A DNA stretch of 64,000 bases from an uncultured virus (IMG/VR IMGVR_UViG_3300025103_000005) (IMGVR_UViG_3300025103_000005), one strand, 5' to 3'. Counted from the stretch's first letter, positions 40,244-49,385 are shown. The notes: a model not told the origin generated them from the letters alone. A program made the numbers and translations.

Positions 40244-42585
40244 TCCAAAACCCGATATATGTTCTCAATTTTCTTTTCGATGAACTTCTGAACACACACG
40301 GCATAATCAATTTGGAAATCCTTGACTTCATCTGCATCCCTAAATCCAACGACAAGAGTCGGAGGCATATCTTTGGGAGTTTGTAATACGTAGCACCACT
40401 GTGGGCTTTCTCCGACCCTAAAGGGATTTTTAGGGTTGATGTGGTCATTGTAGTAATATGCCCCTCTTACAGCCATAGGCGGCGTTCTCTTGTATTCTGC
40501 CTTGCCTATTTTTCCATACGGTGAAAGCGCATCCCACGTCCAATTTCCTGCAAGAACGTCAAGTGATATTTCTCTAATCATCTTCGTGACTTCTTCTTCG
40601 TCTGCTCCTGTTCCGACTAAATCGAATATCTTTCCTTGTATCGTCTTTGTGAGTGGAGATACGCTGGACGCTTTGTATGAGAATCCTGTCACCTTCAATT
40701 GCCCTTTCTTTTCGGGAGGCCAAATCATAAATCCGAAGTTTTGATTTTTCACATCAGCGGTTAGCCAATAGTCGAAGTAGGCTTCTAACTCAATTTCCAT
40801 CATGGGAAGTTCGTATCGAGTCCTAATGATTTTGTTGAGGTTCTTGAGGTGAGCGTCTATCTCATCGAATGGAATCTGAATATAACCGGAATCGGTGTGG
40901 CCTGCGAGAGCCGCATAACCAGCCTTCTCGCTTTCCAGCAGAAGGGTGTTGATACACTCTCTTCCGTAGTAGGTAATAGTGCGACCCACATCGGGGTCTA
41001 TCCATCCACCACTCACTTTCTTCTGAGACATATAGCCATAGATTGCGTTGGTTGCGACTTTGACAGCAGTCTGCAATAAATCCCATTTGAGTTTCTCGTC
41101 TTCGCTCTTTGCCGCCTTCATCTTCTTCTTGTAGTCTTGTCGTAATTCAAGCATACCCCAAATGATTGCAGGAATGACGCCTATGCCCGATGCCTCCTTT
41201 CTCCAATGCGTTCCGTTTCCAACGCTTCGGATTCCGTCGCCACCATTTTTCTGCTTTGTTGTCGGGCATAGATTCGCGTTATACGCTATTAGCGGGTACA
41301 TGGACTTGAAGTCAATACAAGCGACTCCTTCGTGTCGTCCACCAACGGTTTCCGGCACGTCTGCACCATCATATTGGTCGCGTTGGTGGTAGTGAGTGGT
41401 GAGAGCCTTTATGTCGGTATGGCGAGAGATACGCCCTCTTACAAAACGAGATACGTTACAGGTACTTTTGAAGACGACTCCACATTCTTTCTGCATAGCC
41501 AAATGGTAAGGTATCGCATTCACCTTTTCAGCACAATGCCTCAATAGTGTAGTGTCGCGCACACAGTAATCAACGAACTCATCGAAGTTCTCAACCCACC
41601 ATGTAAATACATCAGCATCCATTTTCTTTCCCTGCTCACCTAACTCTTTGGCTAACTCTAAATCTTCTGCGATGGTTGCGAGTTTCTTGTTTCTGAATGT
41701 TCCACGTCCATTCTTCTGCCAAACTGCCTCCAATCCGCTTCCTGTATTCCACGCGAGCGCAGTGTCGTAAACGAGCCTTCCCAAAATTGGTTGAGCATTA
41801 TCGTGGTAGCCATCCTTTTTACGCGGTCTTACTGTCTGCCCCAATGGACTGAGTTTGTCTGCTTTATTTCCTAAGCGTTCAACGAGTTTAGGCAAGTCGG
41901 CCCAATAGATGGCGTGGGCGATGAGAATGTCAGGGTTGCACTTATTCAAGTGCTTAAGAAAAGCGTCGAGCATTTTCTGTTCGCTTCCATAGAGGTATCT
42001 ATCATACCCTCCTTCTCTTTCGATGTAGTCTATGGTGCAACCTTTCTCTCCTTCTTTCCAAGCGAATATCAATGGGCGGTTTCCCATAGTGTCGTCAATC
42101 GCAATCATGGTGATTGCCCCTTCATGTTGACACCCTTCGGGTTGCCATTCCATATCGAAATACCAAATCCTCGGATGAAAGTCCGGTATGTCTTTGTTAT
42201 CGGGGTAAGCATGAATCATCAATTGGTCTGCGTAAGGCATATCTGCCTCATAAGTCTGAATCTCACTCTTAATGTCGTAAAGGTGTATGGGATTAGGCAC
42301 GTCGAGACGTATCAATGATGCTTTATCTATCCCTTTCGCCTTAATGTCCGAGCGTACCCTAACGCCCGGATAGCGTGCAGTCAAACGAGACAATTTCTTC
42401 GGATGGGTGTTCTCCGCCACCCAACAATGTGGGGGAATCCAAAGCGGGTTGTCAATGTCGGAGTTTTCGTTGGGATTTATCGCGTGTTCGATTACTTCCC
42501 CATCTGCTCTTCTATATCGGTAGTAAACGTGTGGATAACCAACGCCTTCCCACTCGTCATCGGGATAATAATAGTCGATTATCAT
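40192..42585 (-). CDS. polB: Family B DNA polymerase
   Basis: Exo motifs FDME and YCVRD; polymerase motifs DFKSMYP, K...NAIYG and GHTDS. Likely start is MIIDYYY at 42585. Confidence 0.95.
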   Translation of the reverse strand: MIIDYYYPDDEWEGVGYPHVYYRYRRADGEVIEHAINPNENSDIDNPLWIPPHCWVAENTHPKKLSRLTARYPGVRVRSDIKAKGIDKASLIRLDVPNPIHLYDIKSEIQTYEADMPYADQLMIHAYPDNKDIPDFHPRIWYFDMEWQPEGCQHEGAITMIAIDDTMGNRPLIFAWKEGEKGCTIDYIEREGGYDRYLYGSEQKMLDAFLKHLNKCNPDILIAHAIYWADLPKLVERLGNKADKLSPLGQTVRPRKKDGYHDNAQPILGRLVYDTALAWNTGSGLEAVWQKNGRGTFRNKKLATIAEDLELAKELGEQGKKMDADVFTWWVENFDEFVDYCVRDTTLLRHCAEKVNAIPYHLAMQKECGVVFKSTCNVSRFVRGRISRHTDIKALTTHYHQRDQYDGADVPETVGGRHEGVACIDFKSMYPLIAYNANLCPTTKQKNGGDGIRSVGNGTHWRKEASGIGVIPAIIWGMLELRQDYKKKMKAAKSEDEKLKWDLLQTAVKVATNAIYGYMSQKKVSGGWIDPDVGRTITYYGRECINTLLLESEKAGYAALAGHTDSGYIQIPFDEIDAHLKNLNKIIRTRYELPMMEIELEAYFDYWLTADVKNQNFGFMIWPPEKKGQLKVTGFSYKASSVSPLTKTIQGKIFDLVGTGADEEEVTKMIREISLDVLAGNWTWDALSPYGKIGKAEYKRTPPMAVRGAYYYNDHINPKNPFRVGESPQWCYVLQTPKDMPPTLVVGFRDADEVKDFQIDYAVCVQKFIEKKIENIYRVLDWDIGEAIGRQKPKTHW

Positions 42586-42680
42586 TGAGCACACTTCCTA
42601 CACAATAGTATCTGATTTTTGTTAGACCACAAAGGCCCAAACTTGTGGCACTTACCACAACGTCCGATTTCCTTACTCAT
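42582..42680 (-). CDS. 32-aa zinc-finger microprotein (not in ORF track)
   Basis: MSKEIGRCGKCHKFGPLWSNKNQILLCRKCAQ fills the clamp-polB gap and has an ATGA overlap with polB. Confidence 0.55.
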   Translation of the reverse strand: MSKEIGRCGKCHKFGPLWSNKNQILLCRKCAQ

Positions 42681-42686
42681 GCTGGC

Positions 42687-43466
42687 TCACTCCTGCTGGT
42701 CTATGATTATCAGTAATCTCTTCAAGTTTGTTTCGGTCTGCTCTATCACAAGCCCACTCGCATCACCGAAGTGAAAACGACACGTAGTGCCGCCATCCAC
42801 TAAGCCAAGGCAAGGGAGCAACCATGGACCGAAGTTAGACTTCACAGTCTTGATACCTTTCTTCTCAAGAGTCACATCAGTGACTGTGCTTGACGCGAAT
42901 ATCTTAGCATCATGAGTCTTACCCGCAGACGCAGAAATCTCTTCGTTCTCAACGTCCATTGTGACACTATAATCGGCCCCATATTTCGTCACGATGTTCT
43001 TCAATGAAGCGAGTTTGAGTATCTCGCTCATCTTCGTTCTCCCATGCACCGTGTAGGTATCAGCGCCAAACGTCTTCCACTTATTCCCCTTAGCCTCCTT
43101 CACGAGTTTGGCGTAGGTCTTGACCAATTGTTGGCTTTTGCTATCCGTCACAGGAAGCGACAGTTTGAATGAGCCGCTCGCCAAATATAGCGTGCTTCCG
43201 TTCTTCACTTGTTTTATCGTCACATCTCCACTGCACTTCTTCAAGAATGCACAGGCTTTAGTGAGGTCTGAGAAAGTAAGTGGGCCTGCCTTTGCTTTAG
43301 CGTCAGGGTAGGCGCGAGATACATTGAGGAAGAAGGTCTGATAGCCTGCGCTATAACCGATAGCGTTTGGCGTCTCAAAGACGTTGATTACTAAATCACT
43401 AATCACGTCACTGAACTGCCCTACGTGGGCAAGCCACTCCTTGCTATCAAGCGTTATCTGCGCCAT
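42687..43466 (-). CDS. Putative DNA sliding clamp (PCNA-like)
   Basis: 259 aa, two-domain alternating alpha/beta pattern, next to polB and near the RFC gene. Divergent, so the call rests partly on size and context. Confidence 0.55.
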   Translation of the reverse strand: MAQITLDSKEWLAHVGQFSDVISDLVINVFETPNAIGYSAGYQTFFLNVSRAYPDAKAKAGPLTFSDLTKACAFLKKCSGDVTIKQVKNGSTLYLASGSFKLSLPVTDSKSQQLVKTYAKLVKEAKGNKWKTFGADTYTVHGRTKMSEILKLASLKNIVTKYGADYSVTMDVENEEISASAGKTHDAKIFASSTVTDVTLEKKGIKTVKSNFGPWLLPCLGLVDGGTTCRFHFGDASGLVIEQTETNLKRLLIIIDQQE

Positions 43467-43797
43467 CTGCGTTCACCCCATGATATTCTTCAAGAAGCGC
43501 ATCGAGTTTAGGAGTAGTGCTACCCGACCTCGTCAGTCGTCTTCCACTACAATACTCAGACAGTTTTGATGCGAGCGTTTGCTCTCTCGTTCGTAGTCGC
43601 TGAATATAGATGACCGCATCCATGAGTTCGTGTTGCAGATGCTCCAACCACTCATCATGCGTGAGGTCATCACGCTCCATTGTGAGGCCACCGTATTTGT
43701 CGGTGGCTTGCACCTTCTTCGCTCTTGCTTGTATGATTGCGCACACTTCGTCTTCCACTTTGCTCATTCGTTCACCAACCAATTCACAGCCGCTCAA
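43447..43797 (-). CDS. Small helical phage protein, possible MazG-like NTP pyrophosphohydrolase fold
   Basis: KYGGLTMERDDL...WLEHLQHELMDAVIY resembles the E-x-x-D helical pattern of that superfamily. Confidence 0.5.
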   Translation of the reverse strand: MSGCELVGERMSKVEDEVCAIIQARAKKVQATDKYGGLTMERDDLTHDEWLEHLQHELMDAVIYIQRLRTREQTLASKLSEYCSGRRLTRSGSTTPKLDALLEEYHGVNADGADNA

Positions 43798-44500
43798 GTT
43801 CCGGCAGACCCATGAAGTTAGGCTCCTCGCCCTGTCTCGTTGTTAGGATAGTTCTCCGTTGCCCTTGTAGCGTGGCGTCAGTCTTGCTCTTCTCAAAGGC
43901 GGCTGTGAATGTTTCGCCTACAACCTTCCCGTCCTCAACCTCGTCCTTGCGACGACAGTGAACAATTTGGAACATATATCCAGCACTGCTCTTCTCCCAT
44001 GCAGGCGCGCCATCGCTCTCAACTATCTTACCGCCTTTACCGTATACGTCCTTCATGTGTGTCTCCCAAAAGACTCTCACGCCTCTCTTCACCAAAGCAC
44101 GACAGACGGCAGTTAATTGGTGGAATCGGGTGACTCTAATCGCCCAATCCCATTGTTGTTGCACTCTTTCGTTAGAGCCTGCACCACGATTGTCTGCGGC
44201 CTCTATACCATCCTTAGAGAGTCCTAAGTCCTGTATTCTCATACAGTTAGTTGCTACGCTATCCCATAGGTCTATGCCGGTAATTAGAACGCCCCACAAA
44301 TCCTCGTGCTTCTCCATAGCGAACTGCATGATTTTCATCGTTCGGTCATGGGTAGCAGGGTAGTCGTAGGCAGTCCTCTCTCCCTTGAGATATACCCAAG
44401 GTTCCCAACACTTGATGCCCTCATTGTTTGGATAGTATGCTGACTTGGTAGCGGAGCCACCATTGTCGAAATCAACCACCCAAAACTGCTTCGCGCTCAT
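43784..44500 (-). CDS. RecA/Sak4-like P-loop ATPase, C-terminal part (no Walker A)
   Basis: Begins with the post-P-loop strand FWVVDFDNG, then Walker B-like VLITGID, VFWETH and EKSK. Confidence 0.55.
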   Translation of the reverse strand: MSAKQFWVVDFDNGGSATKSAYYPNNEGIKCWEPWVYLKGERTAYDYPATHDRTMKIMQFAMEKHEDLWGVLITGIDLWDSVATNCMRIQDLGLSKDGIEAADNRGAGSNERVQQQWDWAIRVTRFHQLTAVCRALVKRGVRVFWETHMKDVYGKGGKIVESDGAPAWEKSSAGYMFQIVHCRRKDEVEDGKVVGETFTAAFEKSKTDATLQGQRRTILTTRQGEEPNFMGLPELERL

Positions 44501-44769
44501 GCCTTCACCTCATCAAACTCGACAAGAGTAGTTTGTCTGCCCTTCCCCTTATGCTTGTCGCAGTATCGCTGATAGAAGTCGAATATGATGGCACTCTTGC
44601 CCGTATTCTCCTTCCCCACTAACGCCATGAAGATGTGAGTCTTCGGTTTGTTAGCATTCACGTCTGCGAGTTCTGCACGTAGTTCCGCAAATGGGTCGGT
44701 GTTAGCAGCCTTGCTTGCCGACTTCTTCTCTTCCTGTGCTGCCTTTGTCTGTCCGAATCCCGCCATCAT
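44497..44769 (-). CDS. RecA/Sak4-like P-loop ATPase, N-terminal part (Walker A)
   Basis: MALVGKENTGKS Walker A; the ORF ends about 30 residues later. Confidence 0.6.
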   Translation of the reverse strand: MMAGFGQTKAAQEEKKSASKAANTDPFAELRAELADVNANKPKTHIFMALVGKENTGKSAIIFDFYQRYCDKHKGKGRQTTLVEFDEVKA

Positions 44770-45044
44770 TCACCACCATCCGTATCGTCTTCGACCGTTG
44801 AGAACATTCGATTCAGTTCTCCTATGTCTCCCTTTAATTGGGTCATTGTTTGGTCAATCGTGTTAGCGAATCGCTCAAACGAGCGTAGGTAAGCCAACCT
44901 ACGAGAATGCTCTTTCTCCATTAGGGTGGCTCGCGCAAATAGTTCATCATACCGAGCGATGGTGTCATTTAACTCCATCTTAAACTTGGTCAATTCTTCC
45001 TTCAATTCATCCTTAGTCATGTCTTTTTCTTTTTTCGTTGTCAT
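44766..45044 (-). CDS. Coiled-coil protein
   Basis: Heptad-rich. Likely start is MTTKKEK at 45044; the longer track ORF overlaps the upstream gene. Confidence 0.55.
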   Translation of the reverse strand: MTTKKEKDMTKDELKEELTKFKMELNDTIARYDELFARATLMEKEHSRRLAYLRSFERFANTIDQTMTQLKGDIGELNRMFSTVEDDTDGGE

Positions 45045-45058
45045 TTTTTTCTCTCCAT

Positions 45059-46402
45059 TCAATCGAATTGCGTTAAGTCGGTGTCTCCACCGCCCACTCG
45101 TCTTGTGGACCTTCTGTTGTCTGCATAGACGCCCCATACTGTAATTTGTGGGAGTCTATTGCCGTCTTGCACCCTCATCTTTAATCTTCCATGAATGAGA
45201 ACTGTGCTTTTCTCCGCGAAGCCCCATAGTTCATCGTCCACGTCTATGAAGTGGAAGGGATGCGTTAAGTCGTGGCACGCGCCGCTTACCCAACATGGAA
45301 TCTCGCCTCTATTCTTCGTTCCATAGGTGTCTTCGAGCGACCGTGATGTAATGGAGAGGCTAAAGTTCCTCCCCGTCTCATCCCACTCGGATTCCCTGCC
45401 CTCAGTGGACATTCTCGTGACTCTTCCCTTCACGATTATGTCTGGACCGATTGTGCCGTCGTTTCCATCTCGCCCTTTGAAGTGCCTCTTTCGTGAATCG
45501 AAGGCTTCTTCAAGTTCATGTAGCGGAACATACAAGTCATCTATTAGTTCCTCATCTGTCCATAATTTGAATGGGTTGAGAAGGCTTCTTTCGCTTTCTG
45601 GACACCACTCGTTTGTGTATGTCATAGTTTCCGAGAAATTGAAGTTCGTTCCAAGCACGTCTTGGAATGCCTCGTTCTTCGATGTAGGTAGTCTCACCTG
45701 TATCTCCACAGGCACGCCAACGTGTATTGGTAAGTGTGCGTTAGTGCCGGTCAAGTCCACTCGCCAAGGCTTTATCTCGCCTTGATTCAAGAATGCTCCC
45801 TTCTCGTTGCCCAAGAAGCGGTAATATCGCCCCATTCTTACACATGGATATGGTCGTCCTGCCTTCGATAATAGACATAGCCACTCATCTCCGACCTTGA
45901 AGCCCATAGTAGGCTCTTCCTCAGAAGTTTCCTCAGTCACTATCTGCTTGAGATTCGTGCTGATACACCATACGTCTCCTTCGACGTAGTAATGCCCCAC
46001 GAGGCCAGACGAAAGTGCTTCGTTAGCGTCATCTGTCCATCTTTGTGTAGCGTTCCTAACTGCCCATCCGTTCCTGTCGTTCATCTTGTCTTCAACACCG
46101 AGCCATTCACCAACGAAGGTAAGCGTCTCTCCGCCTCCGCCGCTCACATTGGACTTTCGGTCCTCCATGAACATCATCTCGCTCCAATCAATCAGAAGGT
46201 CTGTGTCCTCTTTTTGCCAATCGTCGCAACCGTATGTTGTGGCTATGTGCTTAGTGTAGGCCGCTACGACCTTCTCGACGCTCTCGCCGGTCCTTTCGGC
46301 CTGCATTTTGAAGCGTTCCATGACCTCGGAAGGCCACTCCTTCTGTTCCTTCTCCGTTTTACTAAACGGATTCTTGCTATCTGTCTTCTTTTCTTCATTC
46401 AT
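45059..46402 (-). CDS. Putative single-stranded DNA-binding (RPA/OB-fold) protein
   Basis: C-terminal OB-like strands (IIVKGRVTRM, VLIHGRLKM, ITVWGVY) with an acidic/aromatic tail, located between RFC and the recombinase-like ATPase. Confidence 0.45.
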   Translation of the reverse strand: MNEEKKTDSKNPFSKTEKEQKEWPSEVMERFKMQAERTGESVEKVVAAYTKHIATTYGCDDWQKEDTDLLIDWSEMMFMEDRKSNVSGGGGETLTFVGEWLGVEDKMNDRNGWAVRNATQRWTDDANEALSSGLVGHYYVEGDVWCISTNLKQIVTEETSEEEPTMGFKVGDEWLCLLSKAGRPYPCVRMGRYYRFLGNEKGAFLNQGEIKPWRVDLTGTNAHLPIHVGVPVEIQVRLPTSKNEAFQDVLGTNFNFSETMTYTNEWCPESERSLLNPFKLWTDEELIDDLYVPLHELEEAFDSRKRHFKGRDGNDGTIGPDIIVKGRVTRMSTEGRESEWDETGRNFSLSITSRSLEDTYGTKNRGEIPCWVSGACHDLTHPFHFIDVDDELWGFAEKSTVLIHGRLKMRVQDGNRLPQITVWGVYADNRRSTRRVGGGDTDLTQFD

Positions 46403-47375
46403 TTTTCTTCACCTTTTCTCTCATTTTAGCCACCGCATAATCGCAGTAGGAGTAGTCATCGCCGGGCCATGTGTATCTATGCGTCATCACGTCGCCGTAT
46501 GCCGCCATTATATCCCATATAGAATCGAGGTTATCCTCTTCATCAAAGTAATCGTATATGTTCAGATAGAAGTTCCTCATTACTTGATGTAAGGAACGCC
46601 CGTTCTTGAGCATCTCATGGAAGTTATTGCGCACTTTCCACCACTCGTCTCCTATGGCGTGGGCAATCGCATCCTCACCCATTGTTTCCTCTAAGCGCGA
46701 TAGTCTCTCTCCTAATTGCTCTATATCAATTGAATCGAGGAACATGATAGATGCACGCATATCACCGTTCATGAGTTCAATCAGATTCTGAAGTTTCTCG
46801 ACTAATTTCCTTCTTTCATCTGTCGAATACTCAGCACGAATCTCAAGCAGACATTCATGGGGTAGCACTGAGAGTAGTCTCATCGCTCCCGGTCCTGCTG
46901 GCACAGGCGTAAACGCATACGCTTTGCATCGTGAGCGTATGGCTGGGCGTATCTTCTCTAATTCGTTGCACGTCATTATGACCATCGCATTGTGACTATA
47001 CTTCTCTATCAATTGTCTCATAGCGTCTTGCGCGCTTGGTGTGAGGCCGTCTGCCTCATCGAGTAGGATGATTTTTCTCGGCGTTCCGAGAGGTTTGCTA
47101 CGCATCGCAGACTTGAGTTCGTTGCGAATGAAGTCTATGCCCCTATCGTCGCTGGCGTTGCTCTCGATGAAGTTCATATCATTAAACCAATCATCGAGCA
47201 GTGTTCGCGCTATGACATGAGCCGAACTCGTCTTACCCGTTCCCGGAGGCCCATAGAAGAGAAGGGCTTGAGGCCAATCATATGTATCGGCCCACCCATT
47301 TACGTCTGCAACGAGTTCGTCCAACCCAACCAATTCGGTCAGGGTTTTCGGTATCGCCATTTCTGCGAGGTCCAT
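46395..47375 (-). CDS. rfcS: Replication factor C small subunit (clamp loader)
   Basis: LLFYGPPGTGKT, ESNASDDRGIDFIR, LLDEADGLT..AQDAMR, IRSRC, GDMR. Confidence 0.95.
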   Translation of the reverse strand: MDLAEMAIPKTLTELVGLDELVADVNGWADTYDWPQALLFYGPPGTGKTSSAHVIARTLLDDWFNDMNFIESNASDDRGIDFIRNELKSAMRSKPLGTPRKIILLDEADGLTPSAQDAMRQLIEKYSHNAMVIMTCNELEKIRPAIRSRCKAYAFTPVPAGPGAMRLLSVLPHECLLEIRAEYSTDERRKLVEKLQNLIELMNGDMRASIMFLDSIDIEQLGERLSRLEETMGEDAIAHAIGDEWWKVRNNFHEMLKNGRSLHQVMRNFYLNIYDYFDEEDNLDSIWDIMAAYGDVMTHRYTWPGDDYSYCDYAVAKMREKVKKNE

Positions 47376-47384
47376 GATTCTCTA

Positions 47385-47407
47385 TACTATCTTCGTTTAA
47401 ATACCAA
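47385..47407 (-). promoter_or_regulatory. Conserved viral promoter motif, copy 2
   Basis: Identical 23-mer ending about 10 nt upstream of the rfcS ATG. It supplies the TAA stop of the upstream ORF. Confidence 0.85.
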
Positions 47408-47825
47408 AGGCATTTTCAAGCATCTCTTTTTCATTATCGAATGACTCAATCCAATTAAGGAAATCCGCGTCATTTGCAGATTTGCGCGGAATGGGATTTG
47501 CAGTGACCCATTCCATCATATTCAATCCCGCCCTATCTGTTATCGCTTCGCTCCATTGGCGATTCAAGAGATGAAACCACTTCTCTATCTCTTCGCGCTC
47601 TTCGTATTTCTCCTTGAGTTCAATACCGAAAGGTGCGAGAAATATCTCCACACATTGTAATTGACTGCCCGTTCCCGTTTTGAATAAAGAGCGCCAGCAT
47701 ATCCTTCTTCTCACACGATAACCCCATCGAGCGTCAGCCCTCTTTTCGACCCACGTTCTAAAGCGTATCTCCGTTAGGATGATGCCCAACCCCATCCATT
47801 CCTCGCGTCTGTCGTTAGTTTGCAT
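47397..47825 (-). CDS. Hypothetical protein, possibly a degenerate LAGLIDADG-fold protein
   Basis: GLGIILTEIRFRTWVEKR...GYRVRRRI resembles the helix plus beta-hairpin of LAGLIDADG domains, but the canonical acidic motif is not intact. Confidence 0.35.
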   Translation of the reverse strand: MQTNDRREEWMGLGIILTEIRFRTWVEKRADARWGYRVRRRICWRSLFKTGTGSQLQCVEIFLAPFGIELKEKYEEREEIEKWFHLLNRQWSEAITDRAGLNMMEWVTANPIPRKSANDADFLNWIESFDNEKEMLENAFGI

Positions 47826-49074
47826 CTATGCCCACCAAATCCACATACTGCGTCAAGTCAGATATACCCATATCACTCATCACCTCAACGAGAGATGGCT
47901 CGCTCAGTGTGTTTGTCCTCCTATCCACAAAAGGAGAACTCACGCCTAAGACGATGCAAACATCATCGGAGATTTCTCGCCACGACTTTGCTTCTTCTGT
48001 ATTAGAGCCAATCATTCTTTCTATGTTGAATATCACTGCCGCTCGTTCTGAGGGTATTTGAACCGTGAGTAGTCCAACATCAATGTATTCGTCTCCATCA
48101 AGTGCGTGTAATTTCACGTATAGCGCATCGCCAGATTTGTATGATGCTATGCGTAGTTTACTGATATGTGATTGCCTTACGAGAATATACCCTCCATATT
48201 CCGTTGGAGAGAATGCTCCTGTATTTGGAAACCTTATCGTGCCTTCTCGCTTGACTATGCTTTCCCAAGAGGGTATCATCTCAGGCCACGCTATGTCTGC
48301 ATCTTCATGTGAGTCAGCATATTTGACGAGTCGCTCTTTGAGAGGAAGGGTTGGGTATTCGGGATATGCTATATCGGTAATTGTCTTTCCTACTTTTTCT
48401 ATAATTATGTTTTTATCTTCGTCGTATTCGACTGTGACTGTGCCGCTCGGTATCGCTTGAAATGTATCTAAGGCAACCGTTGTATATTCATTCCAAGCCT
48501 TCCATTTACGCTTACGTAATCCAGCAGTCGGCTTCTCATACCACCGTTTAGGGTCGAGAAGGGCATCTGTATTCCCATATAAGGAGGTGATTATTTCAGA
48601 ATCTGTGAGGAAAGACCGGCTGTTAGTTATCGTTTCGTGCGGCACTTTGGGATTGAGAGACTTGAGAAAACGCAAGGAAGAGATAGGCATTCGTTTGCCT
48701 AAGACGCTATCCCAAAATAGGTGCGCATCTATTCCATCCATCTGCTTGCTTAGGGAAAGGAACGAGAATGAGGTTGTGGTGGTCGCATTCCTAACGCGGA
48801 GTGCTTCTTCTAACGACCACTCGCTTGAATTAGAGGCACTGCTTTCAGACGCAAGTAAAATCGGTATACTGCTCGCCTCTAAGGACATAAGGACTTCGTA
48901 TGGAACGCCTAATTCGTTAGCCACTTTGAAAACTAATTGTCTTTCGGTCAAGGTTTTATCGGGAAACAAAAGAGCATATGCTTGTCTTGCTTCAGCCTCG
49001 TTCAGCGTTAGCGTTAGTTTGGAATCGCCTAAGCGTATGCGTTCGCATACAATTGCTAACTCACTGAAGCGCAT
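47815..49074 (-). CDS. Degenerate ATP-dependent DNA ligase-like protein
   Basis: Ligase-like N-terminus (MRFSELAIVCERI), TDIAY...LPLKERL and an OB-like C-terminus. No KxDG adenylation motif is visible. Confidence 0.5.
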   Translation of the reverse strand: MRFSELAIVCERIRLGDSKLTLTLNEAEARQAYALLFPDKTLTERQLVFKVANELGVPYEVLMSLEASSIPILLASESSASNSSEWSLEEALRVRNATTTTSFSFLSLSKQMDGIDAHLFWDSVLGKRMPISSLRFLKSLNPKVPHETITNSRSFLTDSEIITSLYGNTDALLDPKRWYEKPTAGLRKRKWKAWNEYTTVALDTFQAIPSGTVTVEYDEDKNIIIEKVGKTITDIAYPEYPTLPLKERLVKYADSHEDADIAWPEMIPSWESIVKREGTIRFPNTGAFSPTEYGGYILVRQSHISKLRIASYKSGDALYVKLHALDGDEYIDVGLLTVQIPSERAAVIFNIERMIGSNTEEAKSWREISDDVCIVLGVSSPFVDRRTNTLSEPSLVEVMSDMGISDLTQYVDLVGIDAN

Positions 49075-49381
49075 CGTCTATCAAATGCGGAACGGAAGAC
49101 GCCCACTTATTGGGGTTTGGCTTTGTTTTTTCCCCGAATATCCTCATGGTTGCTTTCTCCACGTCCTTGATGCTTACCTTCGTGTTATGTTGCTTGCGCG
49201 TCATTAGGAATATACAATCAATTAACAGGCATTTGTTTGTTCTCCTATTGGAGTAGTGAGAGTTATTTCGCACTTGGTTATACAATGTATACGCCGCATT
49301 GACTTGAGAAGGCTTCAAGCCCAATTCCATACCTAACGAGTAAATCGAGGCTTCCATAAACTTAGACTCATGGATTTCCAT
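49061..49381 (-). CDS. TFB/TFIIB-like single cyclin-fold protein
   Basis: LGL....V..AY.LY......RR....L...CIFL..R......SIKDV follows the TFIIB core repeat pattern. Confidence 0.6.
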   Translation of the reverse strand: MEIHESKFMEASIYSLGMELGLKPSQVNAAYTLYNQVRNNSHYSNRRTNKCLLIDCIFLMTRKQHNTKVSIKDVEKATMRIFGEKTKPNPNKWASSVPHLIDDALQ

Positions 49382-49385
49382 TTAA

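Noticed and set aside
47397..47825. Active homing endonuclease or mobile intron
   Set aside because: Only a faint LAGLIDADG-like pattern without the intact acidic motif, and the flanking genes are not interrupted.
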